Origin: Ylistrum balloti
Lineage: Eukaryota
DNA: 64,000 bases
Assembly: GCF_031769215.1 (NCBI RefSeq)
Contig: NW_026781913.1
Span: 620,001 to 684,000, forward strand
Direction of reading: 5' to 3'
Part shown: positions 25,401 through 39,400 of the stretch, one piece after another
How positions within the stretch are numbered: the first letter of the stretch is position 1
Layout of the letters: the number at the start of each line of letters is the position of its first letter
Notes under the pieces: model-generated
The model's input: only the letters and a program-made list of their open reading frames with translations
Told to the model about the DNA's origin: nothing
Database searches by the model: none
Made by a program: the position numbers and the translations under genes

Positions 25401-27687
25401 ATGCCTATAGATATACAGGTTTAGAACAAACACTTTGTACCTGTTGAGGGAACTATAGTAAGTGAAATGTTGTGTATAGCACTGTAACATGTAGCAACAT
25501 GCATAATCAATAATATGTAGCAAACAGCCTTTTATAGAGACTGGCTTTGTGTTACAAATAAAATCAATAATTTTCACTTGTAAGATAATCACACATGAAA
25601 CAGTTCCTGCAAAGTTTTAGTTTTTACTTCAGATCTCTAACTGATAATGCATTGGATTTTTTTATGACCAGACTTTGTTTTACAAGGATTATCACCATTA
25701 TTTTTTCCTTGTAATTTCATAAGGACTTTTTGAATATTCAACTGATCAGAAACTGTACAGTTATCTAATCAAACTAAATTTACTGATTATCCTGGTTTTG
25801 ACTTATCAGATATTGTACAATAAATAGGCAATGATATTACTATTAACCTAACTGTTGTCATCTGTGAAACTTTTACTGTAGATTTGACAATTAGGTTATT
25901 TTCATATTTGTATCTTTATAAATTACTACCATGGGCAGTTCCTAATGTATTATATTTTTAATACATGATCGTAATCAATAAGTGTACATAACCCAGCACT
26001 TTGTCAGGTGGTGTAATGGTAACACACTCACCTTTCACTTAGCTGAATCAGTGCTGGATTCCCTGAACAGACATGAAAAAGATATTAGGGGCTCACCTGT
26101 CTAACTTGCATGGATTTTCTACAGGTAGTTCAATTTCCCCACAGTATAATCCAAGTCATATCATGACTTTATCAGTCATCTACAATATTGCCTCTAGGTT
26201 GATGCACAAACCTTATATGCATCAAACACAGAAGTTGAACATGATGACAGTATAATGCTTTAGTCAGTGTGACTTTAACGGTATGACTTAAGGTCAAATA
26301 TTTCTGTAACATAAAAATAAATGATCTTTGACAGTAAAATAAATGTGTATGACAAAATGTGACTAACAAATCCCTGCAATTTATTTATATCATTAACATA
26401 AAACAAATCCATGTAACTAAAATCCAGACAAGAAAATAAATCTCCAGATTCGAGAAATTTTCCAAGAACTAAGGTTCTGCTAGGTTTTCCAGTAAGTGAT
26501 CTATATCACCAACATCGCATGTTGTGAATCATACTTAAATATAACTTAATTTTAAATACTTTAATGGGTTATTATACAGATGAATGATGTGTATTATTTA
26601 CTGTTACAGGTACAAACTCTTCTACAACAGATGCAGGACAAGTTCCAGAACATGTCTGACCAGGTGATCACAAGGAATATCCTTTACCAAGTACACACTA
26701 CTGTCTAGTATTAAAGGATTGATTTTCTATTTTGTTTGGGTTATTGGGGGACAATTGAAATCAGGTAAATTGAATAAGTGATTTAGCTAATCCTAATATA
26801 TGCGATTCTTCAATAAAACATTTACAGACACAAAAATAATGAAAACATTGAGTTTGCTGGTTTAAAACTACCATCATGGGAAGGTCTTTCTGATACCACC
26901 ACAACAAAACATTTTAAGAAATATTTCACATATACTTAATTTCATTTGGTAATTACAAAATTTCAATGTTTCTTAATTTCATTCAATAATTACAAAATTT
27001 CAATGTTTCTTAATTTCATTCAATAATTACAAAATTTCAATGTTTCTTCATTTCATTTGGTAATTACAAAATTTCAATGTTTCTTAATTTTATTTGGTAA
27101 TTATAAAATTTCAATGTTTCTTAATTTTATTTGGTAATTATAAAATTTCAATGTTTACACTATTGATGTTCCATGAAAGAAAACTTAAAAGTTTGACAAA
27201 GATCAATATCAGGACCATATTTCAACTAAATTTAATTCTGCAGAGACATTTCAAAATGTGTACAATTCAAGTCTTCTTTGTGATACAATGATGTTATGCA
27301 GAAGTCCTTCATTTCATAATGTCCTATCAATATGCAAGCAATAGAGACTATAATTACCCATAAATATTGATAATGAGCATTACAAATTTTATTTAGGCAT
27401 TTTGCAGTGGTGACTGTAAATATAACCAGAAGTAATATCTTTGTATATACATTGAATCAGGAACACAAACCCTCAACTTTTATAACAAATTACATTTTAT
27501 ACCTGGCCTGTCCTTGGTATTATACAGTATATTTAATATTTATTACAAATTGGGATGTTTATCAAAGATTAAGAGATATTTTCTCCTTAACCACTCTGTA
27601 CTTGATGAGATGGGAAACCGCATTGATGATCTTGAGAAGAACATTGCTGATCTGATGACACAGGCTGGGGTAGATGAACGTGCATAG
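22410..27687 (+). CDS. HSBP1: Heat shock factor-binding protein 1, 74 aa, 3 coding exons
   Basis: Exons 22410-22481 ([24 protein letters not shown]), 26610-26676 ([22 protein letters not shown]) and 27602-27687 ([28 protein letters not shown]); 225 nt. The QQMQDKFQ and [17 protein letters not shown] motifs are diagnostic. Confidence 0.96.
26005..26145 (+). mobile_element. Degraded tRNA-derived SINE in HSBP1 intron 1
   Basis: ggtggtgtaatggtaacacactcacctttcac...ctggattccc head, then ggattttctacaggtagttcaatttccccca (V-domain-like). Confidence 0.45.
26677..27601 (+). other. U12-type (minor spliceosome) AT-AC intron, HSBP1 intron 2
   Basis: 5' splice site ATATCCTTT at 26677. Branch site TTCTCCTTAAC at 27581-27591. 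Terminal AC at 27600-27601. Splicing there restores the reading frame (A|TT = Ile). Confidence 0.95.
26935..27156. repeat. 37-bp tandem repeat, 6 copies, inside the U12 intron
   Basis: Unit cttaatttcatttggtaattacaaaatttcaatgttt at 26935, 26972, 27009, 27046, 27083 and 27120. Confidence 0.95.
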
Positions 27688-28609
27688 CTGAACTTTCACA
27701 GGACTTCATCATTTTGTGTATCTTGTATGTCACGATGTGTGTTTGTATCATCTTATCCCCTGTGGTACAGACCTGTCCTCTCAGCAAGGAGGCATGGTCA
27801 TTCCAAGGGCGTGTGTCCTTAACAAGAGGAACTGCATCACTGTACACAAAACATTCCACCCAGTATCTTAGTGTGTGCCTTTGACAGTGACTGAACCACA
27901 ACAAATTTGTACTAGTGGCAGTCTCCATTTAGTAATGGTGTTGGAAACTTACATAAACACATACGTTCTTGTATGCAAAAACAAGCATTTGTCACCAGTG
28001 CTGTCATCCTGTATTATATTTCAAGAAGTCCATCATATCAAATTTGTACTGGGTCTAAAAGGATGGCAAAATCTGACAACATCTGATAACTCATCATGTT
28101 AGTCCTTCCGTCCCTTTCCTCTTCAGTGGAAGAGCCCACCAGTGATCTACATGTATATAACTGTACATAATCCATACATCATAGAAGAGCAAAGGGAAGG
28201 CAGGATTGATAAACGTGTAATTGTGACCGTGTAAATGGTGTGTTTTTTGGGGCAGCTGATGATGTCCAATAATTTTCATAGAAATGTGATCTATTGATGA
28301 ATTACAGTATATTTAAACGTAACTGTTATAACCCAGTATTATTCAGTTTATTTGTTAAAATTTTTAGGTTTACTTTTCTTTATTGGAAAACACTACTTGG
28401 AGGATTTGGGCAATGTTCTGTACTTAAAATGCAATTGATCAAATAATATTTATGATTGAAATAATTTATTATATCATTGTTGTACATTTGCTGTTTCTAT
28501 TAAAACATCTTTGCTTGTAGTAGAATTTATTAAAACTTCTCATTTCAATATATGTTTTGTTTTCTTTATCATAGAAACTTGTGTGGTAGTTCCATATTGT
28601 GTGACAATG

Positions 28610-28740
28610 TACTGTGTACAGGGGAATAATATTTTAACTTTGTAATTCCAAGTTCAAATCCATTTTTGAGTTGTGCTCTATTGACAAAAGGGTAAAACAG
28701 ATAAAGATGGAGCTGGTACCGTGTTTTCTCTGTATACAGT
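28610..28740. mobile_element. Short MITE-like element
   Basis: Imperfect terminal inverted repeats tactgtgtacagggga ... ttctctgtatacagt, ~130 bp apart. Confidence 0.4.
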
Positions 28741-30492
28741 GAATGTAACAAACTCACTACTTAAAATTGCCCAGACTTGGAGAAGGCTCTGTATTAAAAT
28801 AACTTTTTTGTTTCTCCATTTGATACACAATGATACTGAATCAATATTCTTGTGTATATTACAATTTCTTCCTACTTCACCATTGGTTGAATTCAAATCT
28901 TTTGAAGGATGAATTATGATATTTTGAATTGTGATGTGGATTTTTAAAAAATCCATTGTCCAGTTTAATACCAGCTCAGATGGATCTAACCTTTGAAAAT
29001 GTTACGGTCATCAGGATTCAAATGTCTAGATTTCTTCAACTGAACTTTGTCCGTTTGAGAGTAATAACCTAGGTCTGAGACTCCATTGTCACAAGTATAT
29101 GAGAATATTCTCATAGTATCATGTTAACACTTCCAATAGGCAACGACACAGCCTACAAACCTTGAATCATGTATATGCATTACTGATATTTGCACTTAAT
29201 CACACCTGCACCAAGGTGTGCTGTTACACTACTTGATATTTTAAGACTTTCTCCATACCTTCATTTGTAACATCGCCATGTCTGCATAATGTAGTACTTG
29301 TAACTGCAATTTTCTTTTCTTTTTTTTTGTGTTTTATTTTTGTAACGCATCAGTTCATAGCTTTTATTTCGGTGAATATGCAGTTATTTGAACCTGAAGA
29401 ATGAAACTGGTACCGTGTTGGTTCAAAATCTCTCCCTTGTTCATTATCATAGATCATGATCATTTACACAAAGACCACTATCAACTGACAATATTTTTGG
29501 GTACAACTCTACTGCCATCTGGTTTGAGACAGAGGAGGATGAAAAGGAAGTCCTGAAGTTGGACATTGTTGAATGTATGTACATGACACAAAGTTTTGCA
29601 TTCTTTGTCACAGCATTGCTTCTTTTCTGGTAGAGAAATTTGACCCAAGTGACCTTGAATTTGTGTCTATGAATATGGTCAAGGTTCATTTCTATTCTCA
29701 TTCTTAGTCTGAGTTCATCCCAGAGATTTACCAACCCAATATCATCATTCCAGCCTTTTGATTAATCATCAAAAGTTGTTAGAATATTTTATGAATTTGA
29801 CTCTTAAAATATGGGTCTTTTGGCAAATCCCTTGAAAAAACCAACCAAGTATAATTACAGATATATCGGTTTATCAGTGTTTGAAAGTTTTAACCAGTTT
29901 ACCTCTTTGACCTTGAATATCTATCACAGTATTTTCATTTTGCAAAAAAAATTCTCAAAACAAGCAAGGACCAGTATTTCTTAAAAATAATGGAATCAAC
30001 ATGTTGTCCAGGAAAAGACTTCATGTAAAGACGATAGAGACACACCACTTTACTGAACATATATCTATTGATCTAAACCAACTGAATAATCTTGTATTAA
30101 GTTTATAATACCCAAGGCTAAACATTATTTATCAGTGACTGATAAATTCTTTTCTATTGTAGAAGACAAACATGGCAAGTATAGGCAAGGTGAGTTAAAA
30201 AATAAAACGGCCTGAATTTGACACTGTGTGGGACTGTATGACTAAGTTTTCAAGCAATCTTGCATTGATTCATTACAGACAAGTGGAGAATGTATTATCA
30301 TACCGCTTCATGATCTTTATCATGGAAATATCTTACCATGACATTTTACAGTGTGAAAGCTTTAACCTATAAACCTAAAACTTAACAAGAGTTTAACAGG
30401 TATTAACAACTTATTTATTTACAATTATATAAAGTTGTGAGAGTTGTATATTTATCACAGCGACCTGTTTGCTTGGAAGAGCAGTGGTGTTG

Positions 30493-33400
30493 TTATAGAA
30501 AGTCTGATGTCGGAAGAAGTCCCTGCTGCTTCACAGCCTTCAACCTAAAACAAAGAGACCAGAGACTTACCAACATGGAGAGCTACATAATGACAAACTA
30601 ACAATTAATTTATATGTATGTACACTTGTATTTCATAGGTAAACACATAAACAACTGAGAAGCTTACATCCATCGTATATTTATAAAACAAATCGTATAT
30701 CTTATATAAGTACATGTATGTACATGTACTGCATGTGTGTGTAAAAAAAACTGACTTATACTCACTATGGCAGGGTAAACTTACATGTGTACAGTACAAT
30801 AATCCCCCCTTTGTAAGCGGAACGGTTGTGTACACATCTGTGATGTGATGATGACTTACGTGTTGGATTTACCAGGTATAATTAACTAACAAAGATAGCC
30901 TGCCGTCATAGAAATATGTGTCGGAATTCGGAACTGACAGTGACCGGAAATATCAGTGTTTTAATACATTGACAAATAACGCAATTTCACGGGAATACGG
31001 TACAGTGTCGGATTTGTCAGGATGTCGGAAAAGTCAGGTGTCGGATTAGATAGGTTTCACTGTATATCAAATCTAAATCTTCTGATCTTAGTTACAATAT
31101 ACTATAAATATTAGTCAGTGTTACTATAGACTATAAACCCTCTGGTCAGTGTTACTTTTCACAAATGAAACAAACACACAGAGATTGTTCCTGTACATCT
31201 TGACCCCTTACATATACTATGGTCATTTTTTTTGATAATGAAATACAAGAAATGTCAAATTATATCTGGACTTATATAACTACTGTCAGGTTTAGTATTC
31301 TATGCAGTATGAATTGCTATAAGGAGCAAGGCAATGACATGCTAACTACAATGCATGCTGCGATCTAGGACACTTTTGTTATTCATGAAAGGCATTTGTA
31401 CACATTTTTTATGATGGGGACTGTAATATGGTTAAATGAGTAGATATCTCAACCATATTGGTGTAAAAAATTAAATGGTAGGCCCAACCTGTGGCATGAT
31501 TGTGTTTTTCTCTTTATAACTCGCAAGATCTGGGATATCATCATTTTGAAAAATGATTGTGTTTTTCTCTTTATAACTTTATGGACTGCAATTTTCTCTC
31601 TCCAATCTTCCATGGAATTTTACATCAGTGTAAAATCAAATTTATGATCTGTGGAAGTGAAAGTACTAACTTGTGAATCAGCTGTTTATCCTCGTCAATG
31701 TCACTAGAATCAGAGCTGCTGGTATCACTGCGTCTCCGGTGCTTCTTACTTTTCTTCTTGTCTCTGTGCTTGTCTTTCTTATGTTTTGCCTACAAGAAAT
31801 GGAATAGTTTCATCTACTGATTCACAATCAAGATGATGCTTCATATTTTCTATCTTTGGAAATTACTCTGCATTGTTCTATTCTATTATCAATCACTGTT
31901 CAATAGTTTATTCCAAATAAATGTTTCCTAAAAAAGGATGAGAATCAAATAAATACTGGTAGTCCAATGCTGATTATGATAGTCAGGAAAGGTAGTTGTA
32001 ATAAAATATTCTCTCTGGTGACCTTGACAGCTGTGGGAAAACTTGTCTAGCCTTTAACAAACTTTAATATTTTACTTAAAAAGATTGTTTATGATTGTGG
32101 GACTGTTTACCTTTTTCTCTTTCTTGTGTCTGTGTCTGTCCTTGTGTCTGTCTTTGTGTCTGTCCTTATGTCTCTCTTTGTGTCTGTCCTTATGTTTTTG
32201 TTTATGACTAGATGTTGAGGTTAAATCAATGTACGCTGAGGTAGAAGTTGTACTAACCGGACATGGAGCACCTGGATTATAGAAAGGTAAAGTAGATATT
32301 TTAACATGCAACAACTGAAACAATGTACAAGATAAACAAACCACATTTGATAAGGTATGACCTTTGTAGATTCATGAGTGAGCCACAGAAACACAAATCT
32401 CATCTCTTTTTAATTGTAAGGTAAGTTATCCAGAACAAGTTATATATGTTGCTGTGAGAATAATACCAGGAGGCGGTAGTGCTGGTCCATACTGCTCATC
32501 CTCATCCTCAGGAAGGGTCTGTGGAGAAGAAGCCAGCCTCTCTTGTAGCTCTGTCTCCTCTGGGCTCCCAGCTGAATTTGTAGATCCAACTTCTATATGT
32601 GTTTGTGGTTTAGATACATCATCTACAATAACATACAAGTAGATTGTAATCCACCTATTCCACTGGATTATCATCAACTATTTGTCTGAGATAATATTGC
32701 AGAGAGAGAGACCTTGAATTCACTTTTAATAAATACCAACAAAGAAAATAACATGTTTTGTAGTTTATGACCTTGACCATTTAACAGAAACCATGGCCAT
32801 GAAGTTGAGTTAAGAATCTTGAAATATTTCTTCTGGTAATAAAGAATTAGAAATTTGCTCGTAGTTGCTACAGAATAATTAACAATTTTTGTCTACAACA
32901 GTAGATTTGTGATGAAATAGTGTAGTCAAACTGAAATGATTGTTTTGGTTAGGTAAGGTATGACACTCTACTTAAACATTCTTCACTTGTCTTAGGAATA
33001 TTTCATGCTTTGATGAATATTGCTTTGCATGAACAGGAAAAACTGCAACAAGGCAGAGTATGGAGACCAGTTCATTGTAGCACTAATCAACAAGCAAATT
33101 TTAGTGAATCTTCAAGCACATAACCTAACTTCAGAAAGTTACACTGTGCCATCTCAGATTCAGAATTTGTTAGTTACTCAGACATGCTAAATACATGTAC
33201 CATGAGGTAATTGTACAAAGCAAGCATTCCAGGAGTCTTTAACAAAGAGGAATAACTCTTCAAATTTTGTAGTATGACTGAGACCTGACTATATACTCGA
33301 CACTCAAGAGTTTAACAAGCTGTTATAAATATTAAGAGAGACTGACAGATGTGGTGTAAAATAATCTATCAATCTCTTTGACAATACTGAATTAAACAGA

Positions 33401-36400
33401 CTCTCTGTATACTGTCTAGTACAGGTATATATGTATTGAATCATAGGAGGCAAGACTGAAAGTTTTAACTTTCACACTGTGAGGAAAAGTCTAGTAATCA
33501 TAGTATCAGTTAGGCTGTAGTGCAATAGTTTTTATGGAAGACATGTATTAAAATGAGAACTAACTTGAACATTGGAGACAGATCTGCCACTTCGATTACA
33601 TACCTGATTTTAGTACTGTAGGATCAGTAGAAGTCAGCTCAGTGTGTGATGGATTAGTCTCATTTAGCCCCTTGTCCATTTCCTCCTCATCTTCCTCGGA
33701 GCTGTCCTCAGAGTCTGTATTACCAAATATTGCACCAAATAAATCCACAGCTGGCTTTTCTGTCTGTAATGGAAGACCATTAATGATACACAATCCCAAG
33801 TCAAGGCACAACAAATTTAGGTAGTTACATCTTTCAAAGGTTTACAACACAACACATTTGTTCTTTCATCTTAAACAACTGGAATTGATAACTGAAGTGA
33901 ATCAAAGGATTCTTTTCAGACAAGTGACCGCCTTTATTGAATATGCTTTCTTCTTCTCATAATTTTCTGTAAATCCTGAAACATTTGTCCAAAGTCAAAT
34001 ATTCTGTATGTAACAATTGGTCCCAACTGTTGATCCTGCCTGATCTGTTCATAGCCAAACACACTACCTGTCTCTAATTAGTCAACCCTGTCTTTAAAAC
34101 CACTTGTCGTCAGTAACAGTTAACTACTGGTTTCTCTGTTACAAAGACAACTCCTGTCTATTAAAACCAATTTTCCTTTATCCCCTGTTTGATATAGATA
34201 TACAGGTTTGTACATTCAATGACAAATCACCTGTTGTGTGTTTTGTGAGGTATCTGCAGGTGATTCCTGTGATTCCGGTGTAGAGGGTTTCTGTGCTATG
34301 GGCGGTTTCTCCATCAGATCACTGAACACAGATTTTAAAGGAGCAGACATCTTTGAGCGATTCTTGATGTCAAAGGTCAGTGGCTTGGATTCTAAAACAA
34401 TTAAATGAAACAATTTCAAATTCAAATAATAAAACTTTTCTGGTGATATTAGTTATTAAAAAAAAGGTATTTATTATTTGAATTCAATACCTGGTAGTTA
34501 AAAAAAGAAAAAAAAATTGCATAATTAACATGAAACAAGTGTCACAGTAAACAAATCCTTCATGTCCAGCAGAACTGTTTGGCAATTTTTTATTCATGGC
34601 ATTGAGTCCACAATTGAGTCTAGACTGAAGAGGATGGATGAAACCTTCATGTCAAAAATTGCAGTCTCTCTTTAGTACACTATGCTTAACATTGTGTCTA
34701 ATACTAGGAAAGTGTGGAAAAAGCCGCCATGGTGTCCTTTTTGGATAGTGGGTGAACGGAACAACTCTGATTAACAGTGCAGGACAGACATATTCTGTGT
34801 GTTGTAGTGTAGGAGGATGGAGCTGTATCAGACTTTTGTAAGAGTACTTACCTGGTATGAGGGCAGGCTGATCCTGTATGTTGTAGTGTAGGAGGATGGA
34901 GTTGTATCTGAGTACTTACCTGGTAAGAGGGCAGGCTTATCCTGTGTGTTGTAGTGTAGGAGGATGGAGTTGTATCTGAGTACTTACCTGGTAATAGGGC
35001 AGGCTTATCCTGTGTGTTGTAGTGTAAGAGGATGGAGTTGTATCTGAGTACTTACCTGGTAAGAGGGCAGGCTTATCCTGTGTGTTGTAGTGTAGGAGGA
35101 TGGAGCTGTATCAGACATTTGTAAGCGTACTTACCTGGTATGAGGGCAGGCTTATCCTGTGGGATTGGGGTATATGTTATGTAACTGTACTTACCAGTGG
35201 GTGAATCAGGAACAGAAGGAGCAGGCAAAGCCTTCATTTCCTGCTGGTTTTGAGACTCTCCTTCATGTGAGAAGTTCAGGAATGTAAACACAGAGTACTT
35301 GTCCCTCTTTACTGTGGGTAGTCCCACAATGGATGATCTAGAGAACAGAATAGATGTTATTACCAAGTGTCCTTAATCTTATACATGTATAATATATAGA
35401 GTTGATAAAGTTTACTCTAACAAATTGTCTTGTCATATTCAACTCATACTGGGAATTCATTTTTCTGTGTACAAGGTGTAGCTTAAACCTCCTCACAACA
35501 GCCCCCTCCCCCACTTACACATATGGGAAACAAACATTCAAATAACAAAGCTGACAATAATTAATTTATACGTATAGGTATTATCAATGAAATGGAAAAA
35601 AGGGAGATAATCTAGACCTACAAGATATCAAAGTTCCATGAGAATTATACATATGGAATGGTGACTTGTTCCAAAAACCATTGAACATACTCAGCTTCCA
35701 AGGAAGGAACACTGTACTTCCAGGTGAAGTCTGTGTGAGGAAGGATGGAGACACACTGAACAAACCCAGTATAAGGGTTGGGGACATTGTACCTACAATA
35801 CCATATTTTGTGTGAGGAAGGGTGGGAACACATTGAACAAACTCAGTATAAGGGTTGGGGACACTGTAACTACAATACCATATTTTGTGTTAGGAAGGGT
35901 GGGGACACACTGAACAAACCCAGTATAAGGGTTGGGGTATTGAACCTCCAACACGACTTTGTGTGGGAAAGGCTGGAGACATACTGAACAAACCCAGTAT
36001 AAGGGTTGGGGACACTTAGCTTCAATACCATATTTTGTGTGAGGAAGGGTGGGGACACATAAAACATACCCATTATAAGGGTTGGGGACATTGAATCTCC
36101 AACACAACAATTTGTGTGGATGCCATTCAAATTCTTCATGGGTCAGCTGTCCATACATCTTCATCTCTGCTGCCTTCATTTGGTCAGTTTTGTCTCCCTG
36201 GAAAACAAAACAATAAAGTATCTAATGTACATTCCTCAGGATTTGACAAAAAGTTATATACTTAGATAATTGATCAATATCTATAGTCACAAGCAGACAT
36301 GTAAAATTCAGCAACATATGGACCATTCAACCTAAGCATGTGTTACTTGCTTCACTGAGATAAACAAAAACAGTTTAGCGTTAAACCTGCTTTTCTGTTG

Positions 36401-39400
36401 AAAAAAAATCCTTTTTGCTCATAAGTTAACTCACTCCTTCATCCCTCGGAACATCCACTGTGTCTGTGCTGTCATCGTACTTGGCTGTAGTAAATCGTGA
36501 TGCCATCATTCCTGGAAGAGGTTTGTACAGCTTTGATGCTCGAAGAAACTCTTCTTTCTCCTGACCTCGATCCCATTCTGTCATATGACCACTTGTCACC
36601 TCCTCATATGCATCTACCCATATATAAGAAAAATTCCAGAAAACTTAAAAAAATTTACAACTAAACATTTTGAATGTTTAAGGTCAGATTAAGCTAAAGG
36701 TGAATTATAGTACCATTAATGCAGTTATCATTGTAACGATTATACGAAAAAAAAATCTACACATCACTCATAGTTTAGGTATAAAGATTGTAGAAAATGT
36801 TTTAATGTCCTTGTGTGTACCTATATTACCTCCTTAGTCAATAGTAACACTAAAACAAGGCAATAAACTAGTGATATTCTAAAATATTGCAAGTAACTGT
36901 ATCAGTGTATAAGGTTCAACAGTCTCCATGTTTACAAATTCTGTTTATACCAATAATCACACCTAGAGCACAGATTGAATGGATTTCATGAAAACATCAC
37001 TACCAGTCAGTAATAGTTAGTATCACATACCTTGATTTCCCTGTTTTTTCAAAGCAATAAATTTGTCATAGCGTTCCTGTTTGGCTGGATCTTTAGAAAA
37101 AGGCTTAAAACCAATACTTCCTCCCTGAAACAATGGTGCTTGTGACCTTGTTTGGTCCTTAGGTTCACCTGCTGTTGCTTTAGCCTCACTCTGGCTCAAT
37201 CTTACAGAATCGCTATGTGGATTTTTTAGTGGACCTGATTGGCTAGAGAAGCTGGTTTTAGCAGTCTCATCTGTAACACTATCAGGGGGCATAACTCCAG
37301 TAGTGTCTTTGTCAGGACCTTGTTGAGTGGATTTCATGGCATCCAGCTTGGTTTTATCCTTTGTAGAAATCAGATCAAACACTGAACCTGTAAAATTGTA
37401 ATTTTTGAGGTATTACACAGTGTAACTCTTGGTTTTTTTATGGGTTTACTGCCATGTCAACAGCTACGACCATTTTGAGGCAACTTTTTCTTTATATGGA
37501 TTCATCCTTTTCAATAAAAATAAAAGATTTATCCAGATGGGAAATAACAATATACATAATACAATTTGAACATTCCTTAGTATTTTATTACATAAAAGTT
37601 CTTTATCACCCCAGTTTACTTTTATTTGTAAATGATGTATATGATTCTCAAATTCTGTGTCACTCTTTTTAATGATCTTAACACAGATAAAACACTTTGT
37701 ATTATTTTCCTGTATTTTTACTTACAATTAATTAAAGTATTTTTATACTGAAATCCTCTAATTTACAGTACATTATATTAAACTATTGGCAATTTATGAC
37801 AATTAGTTGTGACAATAAAATACTTCATGAATTTTACTTGAATTAACAAAACTATGTTAAATAATAACGCGGAGTACACACAATCTCTTGAATTTGTTTA
37901 CGCTATCCTTTACATAGATGTCTTAACTTACAAGGAAGTAAGATTTCCCAAATAAATTTACATGAAATATTGGTAAATCTATCAGAAAGCAGAATGTAGA
38001 AAGTATAATAAATAGAGGTGGTGAGCATGTGATGTTACCTGTGGTAAGCTGAGAGTCATACGCAAATGTTCATAAGTAATCCCTATACACTGATGTCACT
38101 GTTAAAGAAATATATATCCACATCACTTAGAGAAGGATACACCCACATTGCAGAAAGATACACCCACATCACAGAAAGATACACTCACGTCACAGAAAGA
38201 TACACCTACATCACAGAAAGATACACTCACATCACAGAAAGATACACCCACATCACAGAAAGATACACTCACATCACAGAAAGATACACCCACATCACAG
38301 AAAGATACACCCACGTCACAGAAAGATAAACTCACGTCACAGAAAGATACACCTACATCACAGAAAGATACACTCACATCACAGAAAGATACACTCACAT
38401 CACAGAAAGATACACCCACGTCACAGAAAGATAAACTCACTTCACAGAAAGATACACTCACATCACAGAAAGATACACCCACGTCACAGAAAGATAAACT
38501 CACGTCACATAAAGATACACTCACATTACACCCACATCACTGTTAAAAGATACTAATAAATACTGTCTGTTTCAAACCATAGCCTTACCAGTGAGAGGAG
38601 ATTCGCCTAGTGTCAGCGCCCTGGTGACAGCGTCCATCTTTGTTTTCTGTCTGTCACGTTGTCCTTCTGAACCTGACGGGGCTAGACAAAGGTATTCATT
38701 GACAGATTGTGGTGTCTGGAGAAACTTGTGTACTGGTCGGAAGTCCTTTGGAATGTTTGGAGGACCAAAACCTCTCTTGGCTTTCAACTTTTTGGTGGAC
38801 AGTGTGAAACCTTCTAAGATCTTTCCTATGTAACCTACAGATGGTGCCTGGGTTCCTGAATTAAAGATGGCAATTATGTGATCTCACATGTTACAACAAT
38901 TTATCTCTGAATCTCATCATTTTTAGCTTACTTCATGATTTATCATTGAGTCCATTGTCCAATATTCATGGTACATATGACATCAACTAAATATGTTATA
39001 TGGTGACAGCATAAATGGAACTTGCAGTCAAAAATGTTTCTTGTGATTTGTAAATAAAAGGTTAAAAAATTTGTCAAGTCTTAAAGACACAATAATATCT
39101 CTCCTTCTCCACACATAAAAAATATTATCTTCCTGTTAAAGATATGAGCTACCTCCTCCCTTGTTCCTTCCTGGAGCTGTCCACCCATACAGCTCTTCCT
39201 TGCCCTCGTCAATCTCCATGGTGATGTCATAGTTTGAAAGATGATCAGTGGCATAGATGTCATCATCCTCCTCCTCTAGGGCACCAACCCCAAATGCCTG
39301 AAATAGTATTATTCATATTGTGATTCAAAATACATGTATCTTGTTTTCATACCAATTATGTACATACACATACTGTAATACAGATCATGTTCCTTAAACC

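Noticed and set aside
28960-29580. Short exon-like open stretches between HSBP1 and GPATCH1 (e.g. STDNIFGYNSTAIWFETEEDEKEVLKLDIVE on +)
   Set aside because: No recognisable homology, and no consistent chain of splice sites or start codon could be built.
38030-38100. Possible extra GPATCH1 exon ending CAG|GTAAC
   Set aside because: Candidate acceptors give a stop or a phase mismatch, and exons 9 and 10 already join in phase.
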